From Candidatus Pacearchaeota archaeon (lineage in GTDB: Archaea; Nanobdellota; Nanobdellia; Pacearchaeales; GW2011-AR1), in assembly GCA_017608305.1 (NCBI GenBank), contig JAFCGC010000003.1, positions 1 to 59,906 of the forward strand: a DNA stretch of 59,906 nucleotides, in the 5' to 3' direction. This document shows, one piece after another, positions 38,001-44,095 of the stretch (position 1 is the first letter of the stretch; the number at the start of each line of letters is the position of its first letter). Both the position numbers and the translations under genes were made by a program. The notes under the pieces were generated by a model. It searched no databases. It was not told the origin of the DNA and saw nothing but the letters and a program-made list of their open reading frames with translations.

Positions 38001-40140
38001 CTAAAACAAGTGCGCTCGCACCTGCAACCATTGGCGCACTCATTGATGTTCCTGATTTAATTTCTGAAATTCCATTAATTCCTAAAACTTCTATATTTTT
38101 TCCAGGAGCAAATAAATCAGTAATTAAATTTACATTAGCAAAATCTGCAATATTATCTTGTTTGTCTGTAGCTGAAACCCTAACTGCTTGAGTTGCACAA
38201 CTAGGAGTCTTAATATTAGAAGAACCATCATTTCCTGTTGCAGCAACTACAAAAATTCCATTATCCACAGCATTATTAACAAATTCAGCAACAATATTTG
38301 TATCACAATAACCATCATAACTTCCAGCACCAATACTAAAACTAATTATATTTGCATTGTTGTTAATACACCATTGTAATCCTTCTAAAACATCACTTTC
38401 ATAACCAATTCCATTTGAATCAATTACTTTAGCAACTAAAATCTCAGCCCCAGGCGCTATTTTATTTATAACAGAAGCAACTTCTGTCCCATGACCATTA
38501 TCATCACTAGCATCATTATCTTCATTAACAAAGTCATAACCTGAAACATAAGACACAACACTAGAATCAACACCAGTATCAACTACACAAATACTCTTGC
38601 CCTGCCCTGTTAAACCAAATTCATCCCTAGTTTTAAAAGAACTAATAATATTTTCAGAATCTTCTAATAATACTAAAACTTCTTGATCAGGAATTATCTC
38701 TATTTCAAGGTCTTTTAAAAGTTCTAATTTATCTACATCAAGTTCAAGAACTTCAAGATTACTCAAACCTACAAGATCTTTACCAATAACAGTATCTCCT
38801 TTAATAATAACCCTAACTAATCTATCATCAATTAATAATTTTGAAATAACTTCTTGGTCTAATTTAACTTTATTAAATTTAATCACTTCATTTATTCTAT
38901 CTAACTTACTAATAATTGTAAAATTTGTATCATTAATCACAATAGTTTCATTAGGCAAAAGCTCAGACTCTTCAATTTCTCCAAAACTAATTATTTCACT
39001 CAAAGAAGCAATATTAAATTCTTCAAATATTAAATCTACTTTAAATTGTCCATCTTCTCCAATCAATCCTAAGCCATCTAAATCAAAACTCAACTCAATT
39101 TTTTCATCTCCTAAATATTCTTCACCAAATCCTTGCTCTGATTCAGAATAAGATGTTGAAACAATAACATTATTCTCCTCGATCACTAATTTAACCTCTT
39201 GAGAAGAACTAATAATTTCTGCTGTTTCTCCTTCTAAAAGACCATAAACAAAAGGATTTTCTCCTGTAATCACTTCTTCAATTATTAATTCAGGGGGAGA
39301 TGCCAATACAGAATCTTCAACAACAGGTTCACTTGACTCTTCAGAGTCTTCACTTGGTTCTTCTGTTATTTCTTCTTCAACAACTTCTTCAGGCTCATCA
39401 AGAACTGGTTCCTCAGAGTCTACTGGTTCTTCAATAGGAATTTCGGGTTCAGGAACAGGTTCAATTGGAATTTCTGGTTCTTGAGTTATATTTTCTGGGA
39501 TGTCTGTTTCATTTATAGGGATTTCTGGTTCATCAGAGCCTGTTATATTTTCAGGCGGAATCTCTGTTTCATTTTCAGGTTCTTGTGTTTGATTTCCTAA
39601 AATATCTGGCTCTTCAACTGTTTGTGTAATCATCAAAACAAAATCTACTTCTGGATAAATAGTTTTTTCACCAATAATTCCAAACCCTTCTCCAATACCA
39701 GATATTTCTATAGAACCAATATAAAACTCACCGTAATTTGTTGGGCCAGAAATTAAATTTTCTAAGAAAAATTCTTGTTCATCACCAACATTGTCAATTA
39801 AAACTCTTGTTGATTTAGGAATTAATTCGCCTTTTTGCAAATTTATTTTTACACTACCAGTGATGGGGTCACCTAAAACAGGAAGTTCATCAATTAAAAG
39901 CACAAATCTTTCTTCAGGAGCTAGATAAATTGTTTGTTGTAAATAATTCATGAACACAATTCCTGAAAAAAAGATTAATCCGAGTAGTGTAAAAGTTAAA
40001 ATAAAATTTAAAACAGAAGTTTTTTTCTCTTTATGTTTTCCTAAATATTTAGAAACAACTTTTCCATCTCTTTTATGACTATGATAAATATAAGGACCAT
40101 ATACTTTCCCTCCTCTTTTAATATATCTTTTATAAGCCAT
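29008..40140 (-). CDS. giant (3710 aa) multidomain surface protein: basic N-terminus, TM, acidic PE-rich linker, subtilisin-like S8 domain, Cys-rich CCGDD modules, beta-helix, 2x LamG, FG-GAP/VCBS-type repeats, Ig/Fn3-like C-terminus
   Basis: One uninterrupted ORF. S8 triad contexts VVDTGVD, HGTEVAS, GTSMSAP. PbH1-like NN(F/I)xxN repeats. LamG hallmarks WWRFNE...DELRVWNRALSEEEI and DGVRIFNRSLSEEQI. GDLDGDGLDD / DLNNDGKDD / GDLDNDGEME repeats. Confidence 0.9.
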   Translation of the reverse strand: MAYKRYIKRGGKVYGPYIYHSHKRDGKVVSKYLGKHKEKKTSVLNFILTFTLLGLIFFSGIVFMNYLQQTIYLAPEERFVLLIDELPVLGDPITGSVKINLQKGELIPKSTRVLIDNVGDEQEFFLENLISGPTNYGEFYIGSIEISGIGEGFGIIGEKTIYPEVDFVLMITQTVEEPDILGNQTQEPENETEIPPENITGSDEPEIPINETDIPENITQEPEIPIEPVPEPEIPIEEPVDSEEPVLDEPEEVVEEEITEEPSEDSEESSEPVVEDSVLASPPELIIEEVITGENPFVYGLLEGETAEIISSSQEVKLVIEENNVIVSTSYSESEQGFGEEYLGDEKIELSFDLDGLGLIGEDGQFKVDLIFEEFNIASLSEIISFGEIEESELLPNETIVINDTNFTIISKLDRINEVIKFNKVKLDQEVISKLLIDDRLVRVIIKGDTVIGKDLVGLSNLEVLELDVDKLELLKDLEIEIIPDQEVLVLLEDSENIISSFKTRDEFGLTGQGKSICVVDTGVDSSVVSYVSGYDFVNEDNDASDDNGHGTEVASVINKIAPGAEILVAKVIDSNGIGYESDVLEGLQWCINNNANIISFSIGAGSYDGYCDTNIVAEFVNNAVDNGIFVVAATGNDGSSNIKTPSCATQAVRVSATDKQDNIADFANVNLITDLFAPGKNIEVLGINGISEIKSGTSMSAPMVAGASALVLENETLSVDELKIRFKTTGLPISFEDINISRINVYNAVINNITMDLINVSANQSVGNESNYSLLGGNDECYLAIGDPDITPNFCESFACKAKSSLYEPICCELYEYVSPFYNTSSFSYEFGTYPSCCGDDAGEYVAYFNRVNLGGASNPCESSTEGACPTSGETIYACCNTSDNPRDCVLSNGTCYDFGDATVLGDGVMYCANLSTSKGGYWIDCDNDSLTCTDCSNDFGYNLGGEHCSATSGTDPYDCDTECCGDDAGENALYRKLDPTYTYPDNDLPNFSASISDNACCDNENDCIYESFCNGVVVGSPIVISGENLACASGLWLDCDSAAGGSTVCEVYCGYLDGWIKSGEAEVGEYDVVFEKDECCGDDDNEYIVENNLDLGDIACCDNANDCVNTGVCYSSGTETSCTEDTVSSCSSGSWSSENRNTDESACEEPSCTNLGEWLSTATQGDYCCGNNPGEDFEASGLFEGCCYNGNILNSGETDERILCYSGNLYECGTVSDDSGLATSIEHCGTAPESGRYCNIDGPTYWGLAKVNGCSCSSGAECDSGNCPSQDGVCCDTSCGGECEACLALKTGGNDGTCSAVSSGTDPDIECAQEDCGTGNCNGNKACGWFTSGERNCGICETCTDATSFDCVFIAPSGTEDIEGVLTCLGSQACDGLGFCLTKNTYSCEGDTECLSSDCNTKPDDTWACTDESDECAEQDGLGVDIGYFTCYNNDNFSCSQESVYNTIDGWSSTDCATLSSWDSDGKDNWDTAGYLIDYSDSCLGGSCELTYKRDYCSGSSVDDYYVGYYSYYGTYVSSHDTNSDDTCTSVQAIFRDASCTLFGCPDGIGGSCAKRVYQNRDRDLAQVYCEKTAGTCIAQTWIAGALSPGPCCGDDGASDNFCESGIGTFKACEAGSYEIDPDTSSNACDCGLEGIANGVSCNQGSCYGESLFFETGTTGNCCGDDSGENFVSSTMEIEYEACCDSITDCAGPDACYAEGERYNDDYECLNGDWESIIQYNTCEPTFPNVDLVITTDLVCDETYDDLKVNSLNVTSDGDLTIDSISLNVEDFTLVENKGNFTIKNSKNTIWQNGNLTIEGDFILENSTLRMNGTNDGGVGINVTSTGNMTIKAKSNITNGGGSDPTFIFIVENGADFFMNKSSLSYCSGNRTSFKIGLKIYADDVKIIGNVFSNNAQPTFFGNNFLISGNYFTNNGGIALTVEGDNCNVSNNNFTNNGLGLRISGDNNLIFDNIFSYSSVGLDLKDSAENNNLTNLSIFENNIAGIQVSSSNNNISSSKIKDNEVGIEVQSSAKLLVFNSLIQDSTSYDIRTVSTTQTSVLNLINTTFDENKILFFDGGWSNLGSVDVKWYFRVNVSDELGNSLENVEVSVWNKTNDLIFTSYTNSLGQIDREILMEYSQTKIAKTFATNYTIQAKKDPSTTFVSLNLTESTFLNILLDVVPPEINFVFPTFDNNTYTNYTSIYVNVSILEDNLNESATYINWSGENAGASLVQSASSVWNLYVNKTSLSDGTYEYFAYLKDLSENFNQTETRKISIDTITPLIEFVPPTLTDDSFVRGNSVYVNVSVSDANDVTSFMDWNKSLVGWWRFNEFTGTTAYDSSSWSNNGTLYDFNPSNQDGDSPPVWTSAGKFGPGLNFDGIDDYVLVEKSDSLTDFENFTVSAWIKPKGTCSECYIFDVYDGGGIEDGDFLLYMVGDEIRSYVENGDTFVFSSVPIGVWTHVLVVMDAGTSYKLYFNGVLESTDSFIQSGPFFDPDKENNFTIGATQEGSTHFFNGTIDELRVWNRALSEEEIDASYNAGLNRLYRNFTSLDSGEYEYVAYVQDLAGNLNQTEIRTVDVNTYPVISNVVLNSSLGHNSSLENLSVYYEIIDADSTPITITDWRLGGESIAVLNMPFDTEETSLTFDIIRDYSTYQNNATIYGNPVWEISEKVGGAYKFDGDDYINCGSDSSLDITDEITFESWIKTSMAHETGDNFGVLAKALNPDWTWQLRFGGLSEGGPSDRLGIQFNQDNVIPGVWVNLDQDLTTGQWYHVVGVYNGTSALIYLNGDLKDTALLNQIQSSNSPLLIAQDGWNNYFSGTIDGVRIFNRSLSEEQIKILYDSGMADKHFENLSSFETKLGDNWSVALTPNDALGDGETVLSNTLEIINSAPEYQSINLLPSLPYTKDHLQCGFNVTDFDSPLLNVEVKWYSNGSNFLNQTISDYTQSTLYFSNLSYTYTHYDDDFYCRINANDGVESTGWYQSQTRKIRNYSTSLSITDEDNQNSKTQVLFTANYSETDSNVDIGDLGIFLWDTGNIGKVRTIRAIDLSKTGRKDGLIIGINEAHNQFFNALGVNVFNSPNTGSGQSIFVGDLDSDNYEGEFLEGTASISVINNLGQNIWQEGTFSELAISSIGDLDGDGLDDDFVIVQGSGDKNILAYTGENNIWIQDWSYNCVGITGIDKIVVEDLNNDGKDDVVFSSEGNTSVTALNSSGEYLWKNKGKVPLAVGDLDNDGEMEILSGNSQYLFVYNFTGGLKDSLHWDFEPGDNPTEIIISDIYNNGDKYVVTSFFSAKIFVYDSSLNYIWNVSKGFSSIDLLGIDIDDDTEMEFIAMNNNSQSHMQAFIIESNGGIVLIYDSLKSYPSGTFGPRPSFGKHPELDAGDFNYDGVADIGFVSYVSNNPNEGYLDVIQDSRCKIDFNDSVSGRLSWNLTSNLWEYNRSFEKGGLYKYNITCHKGAYEEKISSGEVFVLLNSLPTVTLVSPANDSSNIDRTPTFVWDGVDADGEADIQEYELEISCSDSVCSPDDYKLISIITGSPVDESYTLPDPDFLQYLFDNTYYYTWRVRARDSVGWGDWSEKWNLKIQSEVSISITDPPSNPDPTIDFGTMQPDETKATDPTPPNPFTLENDGNCIANVDIKATQLWNTRSSASSDYRYKVQEKDTGSFTSGTTSWANIPIDPTEETFLVEFKWNAAEDEAYVDLELTVPGATEGAGSRSSTLTFTASLNE
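30000..30960 (-). other. FG-GAP/VCBS-like Asp-rich Ca-binding repeats (approximate bounds)
   Basis: Repeated GDxDxDGxxD loops. Confidence 0.6.
31660..33230 (-). other. two LamG/concanavalin-like lectin domains (approximate bounds)
   Basis: See the motifs listed for the giant ORF. Confidence 0.7.
34960..37810 (-). other. about 950-aa cysteine-rich region with repeated CCGDD...ACCDxxxDC modules (approximate bounds)
   Basis: Six CCG(D/N)(D/N) motifs and four ACC(D/N)xxxDC motifs at recurring spacing. Confidence 0.7.
37900..38620 (-). other. subtilisin-like (S8) peptidase domain inside the giant ORF (approximate bounds)
   Basis: Asp in DTGVD near 38585, His codon 38491-38493, Ser codon 38044-38046. 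Confidence 0.75.
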
Positions 40141-40336
40141 TCAAAACAACCTACGGTTTTTTTGGATTTTCCCTTTTTATATTATAAAAAGATTTTTTAA
40201 TTGTCTCCGATAAAATCTCACAAACAATATTATTATCCCTCTTTTAATACGGAAAATAAGTGGTAGTGTAACTATTTAAAGATTATTATTTAAAGAAAGA
40301 AATTAAAATTTACTTTATTATTCTTTTTTAACTTCT

Positions 40337-40525
40337 TTAGGTTTTACAGAACTCTTTTCTTTTTTCTTTTTTCTTTTTACTAATCCATCTGACCTTTCTT
40401 CTTTTCATCAACTTATTCTTTCTACATTTAGAAGAACAAAAATAATTTACACTACCATCTTTAGTAACAAGTGTTAGTCCTTTATGAGAATCATAATCTT
40501 TTCCGCAATAAACACACTTAGGCAT
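40337..40525 (-). CDS. rpl24e: ribosomal protein L24e
   Basis: MPKCVYCGKDYDSHKGLTLVTKDGSVNYFCSSKCRKN zinc-ribbon signature. Start taken at the internal Met, not the ORF-track start. Confidence 0.85.
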   Translation of the reverse strand: MPKCVYCGKDYDSHKGLTLVTKDGSVNYFCSSKCRKNKLMKRRKVRWISKKKKEKRKEFCKT

Positions 40526-40745
40526 TTTTTTTATACTCCCTTCCAATTCTAAAAACATATAATCCAGGAATTCTTTTTTCTTTAATAATAGAATAACCCC
40601 TATCAACTAGCCCTTGTTTATAACCTTTAAAAGAAGAATCACTATCAATAGAAGAATGAACTAGAAATTCAACTAAAGCTTCACTTTCTCCAGAATCAAT
40701 TAAACAATTTAAATCTTGATTGATTTTTATTTTGTCTAAACACAT
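40518..40745 (-). CDS. hypothetical protein
   Basis: 75-aa ORF between rps28e and rpl24e. No family recognised. Confidence 0.3.
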   Translation of the reverse strand: MCLDKIKINQDLNCLIDSGESEALVEFLVHSSIDSDSSFKGYKQGLVDRGYSIIKEKRIPGLYVFRIGREYKKNA

Positions 40746-40746
40746 T

Positions 40747-41037
40747 TTAAGTATACGCTCCTTTTGTCACTTTTGATTTAATTCTACGAGCTTCAATCTC
40801 TGTTTCTCTAAGCATTAAAGTGTCACCAATTCTTATAGCCCCTTTAACATTTCTTCTCATTACTCTTCCTTTATCTCTTCCTTCTTGAACCAAACATCTA
40901 ACTTGCGTAACTTCCCCTCTAAATCCTGTTCTACCTATGAGTTCTTCTACAACTGCGGGCACAACTTCTCCTAAAATCTTATCACTTCCTTTAGAAGCTT
41001 GTGGTTTTCCTTGTTTAGTTTTTTGTTGTTTAACCAT
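40747..41037 (-). CDS. rps28e: ribosomal protein S28e
   Basis: [16 protein letters not shown]...[30 protein letters not shown]. Confidence 0.85.
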   Translation of the reverse strand: MVKQQKTKQGKPQASKGSDKILGEVVPAVVEELIGRTGFRGEVTQVRCLVQEGRDKGRVMRRNVKGAIRIGDTLMLRETEIEARRIKSKVTKGAYT

Positions 41038-41293
41038 GATTGTTTAACTTATTCTTTAGATTAGGACATTCACAATAAACTTTTTCACAAACAGCCCTGT
41101 GATAAAGTTCAGGAAATACTTTTTCTTCTGAGTTCTCAACTAAATAATTAAAATAATCACAATTAGAAGAACTTATCTCACACCCACCTTTATCTGTTTT
41201 AGGGCACCCTATAAACCTAACCCGGGCTTTCTCTATAATTTCTTTCATCAATTCATCAACACTAACTGTTTTTTCAATTGTTTTGTCTGCCAT
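41030..41293 (-). CDS. Cys-rich small protein (hypothetical)
   Basis: 87-aa ORF between rpl7ae and rps28e. Confidence 0.4.
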   Translation of the reverse strand: MADKTIEKTVSVDELMKEIIEKARVRFIGCPKTDKGGCEISSSNCDYFNYLVENSEEKVFPELYHRAVCEKVYCECPNLKNKLNNHG

Positions 41294-41309
41294 TTTATAT
41301 TAATTAAAA

Positions 41310-41609
41310 TTATTTAGTCTGAGGCATAAGCTTTTCAGCTTCCCCAAGCTCAATTATTGCGACAGAAGACGCAGCAACAGGAATACCTACTGCAATTCCT
41401 AATTTTTGTTTACTATCAACTTCTTGACATGAAATACCCTTTTCTTTACATAAAATAGGTATATGTTGAACAATCTCTTTAGGCTCAACATCAGTAGCAT
41501 AAGCCACAAATTTAGCTGTTCCTCTTTCTATTGCTTTTGTGACTTCATTTGTACCTTTCTCAATTTTTCCAGTTTTTCTAGCGGCTTCAATTATTTTATA
41601 TGTATCCAT
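41310..41609 (-). CDS. rpl7ae: ribosomal protein L7Ae
   Basis: GKIEKGTNEVTKAIERGTAKFVAYATDVEPKEIVQHIPILCKEKGI. Start taken at the internal Met. Confidence 0.85.
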   Translation of the reverse strand: MDTYKIIEAARKTGKIEKGTNEVTKAIERGTAKFVAYATDVEPKEIVQHIPILCKEKGISCQEVDSKQKLGIAVGIPVAASSVAIIELGEAEKLMPQTK

Positions 41610-41743
41610 TTTAATAGACCATAGAACGAAATTATCCATCCCGAATTGAATTTCGTTCATCGGATGATGTATCAAAAAAGTAGGTGTTTTTAAATCTTTT
41701 GCACAACACAAATTCTTTTATATCTTCTTCAAACAATAAAATT

Positions 41744-42001
41744 ATGGATGAAAACCAAAATTTAGAAAAAAAATTAGCAGAAGAGATATTAAAAAAAATA
41801 AAAAACTACATTAACACAAAATCAATAATTGAGATTATAGAGGAATACAAAATATATTTAAATGATTATACAAAAAAGCATAGGCTAAATCAAGAACAAA
41901 AAACAAAAATAACAAAATATATATGTGATTTAATTTATATTGATCATAGATCAGGAGAATATTTATCAGAGAGAATAAAAAAGCATATGAAAATAGATTA
42001 A
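41744..42001 (+). CDS. hypothetical protein
   Basis: ORF from internal ATG 41744. The longer ORF-track start overlaps the rpl7ae upstream region. Confidence 0.35.
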   Translation: MDENQNLEKKLAEEILKKIKNYINTKSIIEIIEEYKIYLNDYTKKHRLNQEQKTKITKYICDLIYIDHRSGEYLSERIKKHMKID

Positions 42002-42002
42002 A

Positions 42003-43082
42003 TTATTTCCAATTAACATCAACATCATCTGTACGTTGGCGAGGCAATATATCAACATCACTAATTTTCATCCTAATCCCCTTTTTGAACATAATTTCTC
42101 CAAGATAACCAATAAACCCCCCATTATCAACAAGCAAAGAATTATCAAGAACAAATAATTTAGCTCCTCTCTCCTTACACATTATTCTGCACATTTCTTG
42201 TAATCTTTTATTACAAGCAACTCCTCCTCCTAAAAGTAATTCTTTTTTTCCTGTATGGGCAAGTGCACGCTCAGCTGTTTCAACAAGCATAGCAAAAACA
42301 GTTTCTTGTAAACTATAAGCAAGATCATTAAGATTATAATTAACTCGCTTATCAGCTCGAGATTTTTTAGATTTTGATAAGGATAAACCTCTATGTTTTT
42401 TAGTTAATAGTTTGGGGTTGGTGGCTGGGAATTGTGGTGGACTAACATTATTTATCTTTTGCTTAATATTTGTTTGAATTCCAGAAAGAGTAATATCCAT
42501 CCCTTTAACACTATAAGGCAACTCAACATACTTTCCATTTTTTGCAAGCTCTTCTATTTTTGGACCTCCAGGAAAACCCAAACCCATAAATCTAGCAATT
42601 GTATCAATAAAATTTCCAACACCAATATCTAGAGTCTCACCAAAAATTCTGTATTTTCCAGATTCATAAGCAATTATTTGTGTGTTTGCTCCAGAAACAT
42701 AAAGCATAACAGGATTTTTGGCCTTAGTAGTCTTACCTATTTCTAAATGAGCAATACAATGATTTACTGGAACAAGTGGCTTACCTAGTCTTTTACTTAA
42801 TTCTTTAGCAAATTTCATTCCTTCAAGTAAACAAGGAGCTAATCCAGGGCCTTGAGAAAAAGCAATTGCATCAATCTCTTTTTCTTCAACACCAGAACCA
42901 TCTAAAGCCTCAAAATAAATTTCATTTTTGTTCTGCCTATGAAACTCAGCAGCATCAGAAGGAATTATACCTCCTTGCTCTGTTGTGTAAGTACGCTTGA
43001 TATTACTCAGAACTTTCAAATTTTTCACGACACCAATTCCAAATGTATGTGCGGTTGATTCAATTCCTAAAATAGTTGGCAT
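42003..43082 (-). CDS. kae1: Kae1 (tRNA t6A37 threonylcarbamoyltransferase) carrying a 33-codon insertion
   Basis: GIESTAHTFGIG, HCIAHLE, LLLGGGVACNKRLQEM. There is no Bud32 fusion. Confidence 0.9.
   Translation of the reverse strand: MPTILGIESTAHTFGIGVVKNLKVLSNIKRTYTTEQGGIIPSDAAEFHRQNKNEIYFEALDGSGVEEKEIDAIAFSQGPGLAPCLLEGMKFAKELSKRLGKPLVPVNHCIAHLEIGKTTKAKNPVMLYVSGANTQIIAYESGKYRIFGETLDIGVGNFIDTIARFMGLGFPGGPKIEELAKNGKYVELPYSVKGMDITLSGIQTNIKQKINNVSPPQFPATNPKLLTKKHRGLSLSKSKKSRADKRVNYNLNDLAYSLQETVFAMLVETAERALAHTGKKELLLGGGVACNKRLQEMCRIMCKERGAKLFVLDNSLLVDNGGFIGYLGEIMFKKGIRMKISDVDILPRQRTDDVDVNWK
42345..42443 (-). repeat. C-rich in-frame insertion element, Kae1 copy (99 nt)
   Basis: Coding strand AGTCCACCACAATTCCCAGCCACCAACCCCAAACTATTAACTAAAA...AAGCGA. 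Homologous to 58285..58428. Confidence 0.75.
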
Positions 43083-43144
43083 AAATGAAAGAAAGAAAAA
43101 AGAATATAAAAAGTTAATTAAAAATGAAAATTAAAAGAAGGAAA

Positions 43145-43639
43145 TCAATCTCTTAACTTAAAATACCCTTCAGGCAAAAATTCTTTCTTCAATTTTCTCT
43201 TAGATTCTCTTAATTCGCTTTCAAGCTTACCAGCTCTTTTTCTAGCCCTCTTGATAGATTTCTTGATTTTAGAATCAGAATCTTTCATTTCCACTAATTT
43301 TTTTACCAAAGGATGATTTGAATCATATCCTGTTAATTCAATAGCATTAAACCCATTAGAAGCCCCTTTCTGAAGATAATGTTTTACATAATCCTCTCTT
43401 CCAAATGTAGGTTCATCTTCATAAGAACCAAACGTATCATCAGTTAAAGCATAACAAATACCATTTGGGTCATGATAAAGAAACATATTATTCTTGGTAG
43501 TCACAGATACCCAAGCTCGTTCTGCTTCCCCAAGATAAACTGCATACAAATTATCTCCAAGTTCTTCACGAGGCTCTGCTTTTGGCCAAGATTTTGGATC
43601 ATACACAATCTCTGGAAGTTTTATTTCTTTAGTTGTCAT
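43145..43639 (-). CDS. hypothetical protein
   Basis: 164-aa ORF with a basic C-terminal helix. Confidence 0.45.
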   Translation of the reverse strand: MTTKEIKLPEIVYDPKSWPKAEPREELGDNLYAVYLGEAERAWVSVTTKNNMFLYHDPNGICYALTDDTFGSYEDEPTFGREDYVKHYLQKGASNGFNAIELTGYDSNHPLVKKLVEMKDSDSKIKKSIKRARKRAGKLESELRESKRKLKKEFLPEGYFKLRD

Positions 43640-43640
43640 C

Positions 43641-44095
43641 TTACTTATTACCTCCTTTCAGCTCTTTTTGTTTAGAATAAATCTTTTCGTTATCAGAAAA
43701 ATAAAACTTTTTTAAACTTCCCTTAGGCTTTGTTTCAATTATTGCCCAACCTTTCTTCTTTCCTCTAACGTCCTTTTCAAGTTTTGATGTCTGATATTTT
43801 TTTTTGTACCATAATCCCTCTTTACCCACATATTCTCTCAAAAGAACGTGATCCCCCCATAAAATATCCCGGTAACATCTACGGGCAAGAAAATTCTCTC
43901 ATCAGATTTCAAATCCTTTTTTGAGAGATAAAAGATAAATTCAGTCTCTTTAAAATTACCAGATTCATTAAGATATTTTTTCAAATGTAAAACTTCCCCT
44001 TCATATTCATAAATTTCCATTGGACCAAGAAGCCCAAGCTTCTCTAAGAGTCCTTTCTTCTTTCTAGGTTTTTGTTTTGTTGTTTTATTTTTCAT
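43641..44095 (-). pseudogene. paralogue of 44085..44549, frame broken in a G6 run
   Basis: ORFs 43838..44095 and 43641..43841 together align to the upstream paralogue (FKETxF...LPVDVxGI..GG / GLWYKK.Y). Adding one G at 43853-43858 (C6 on the + strand) gives GGDHVLLREYVGKEGLWYKK, against GGDYVFLNEYAEKQGLWYKK in the paralogue. Confidence 0.6.

Noticed and set aside
39300-39600. Degenerate tandem repeats at the DNA level (GGTTC...GGAATTTC...), encoding EPEIPI / ENIT / ETEIP units.
   Set aside because: This is a low-complexity acidic Pro/Glu linker of the giant protein, not a CRISPR array or satellite. The units are irregular and in frame.
29008-40140. Many 60-92-aa ORFs in the track inside the giant gene, on both strands (for example 31955..32149, 34628..34906, 35274..35477, 36072..36254, 36966..37178, 37422..37652, 38188..38379).
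   Set aside because: These are shadow or alternate-frame ORFs inside one continuous 11-kb coding frame with clear domain content. Their compositions are low complexity.
40526-40606. N-terminal extensions of the ORF-track models for L24e (40526-40606) and L7Ae (41610-41711).
   Set aside because: The conserved family sequence starts at internal Met codons. The extensions are hydrophobic or nonsense-like and overlap neighbouring features.
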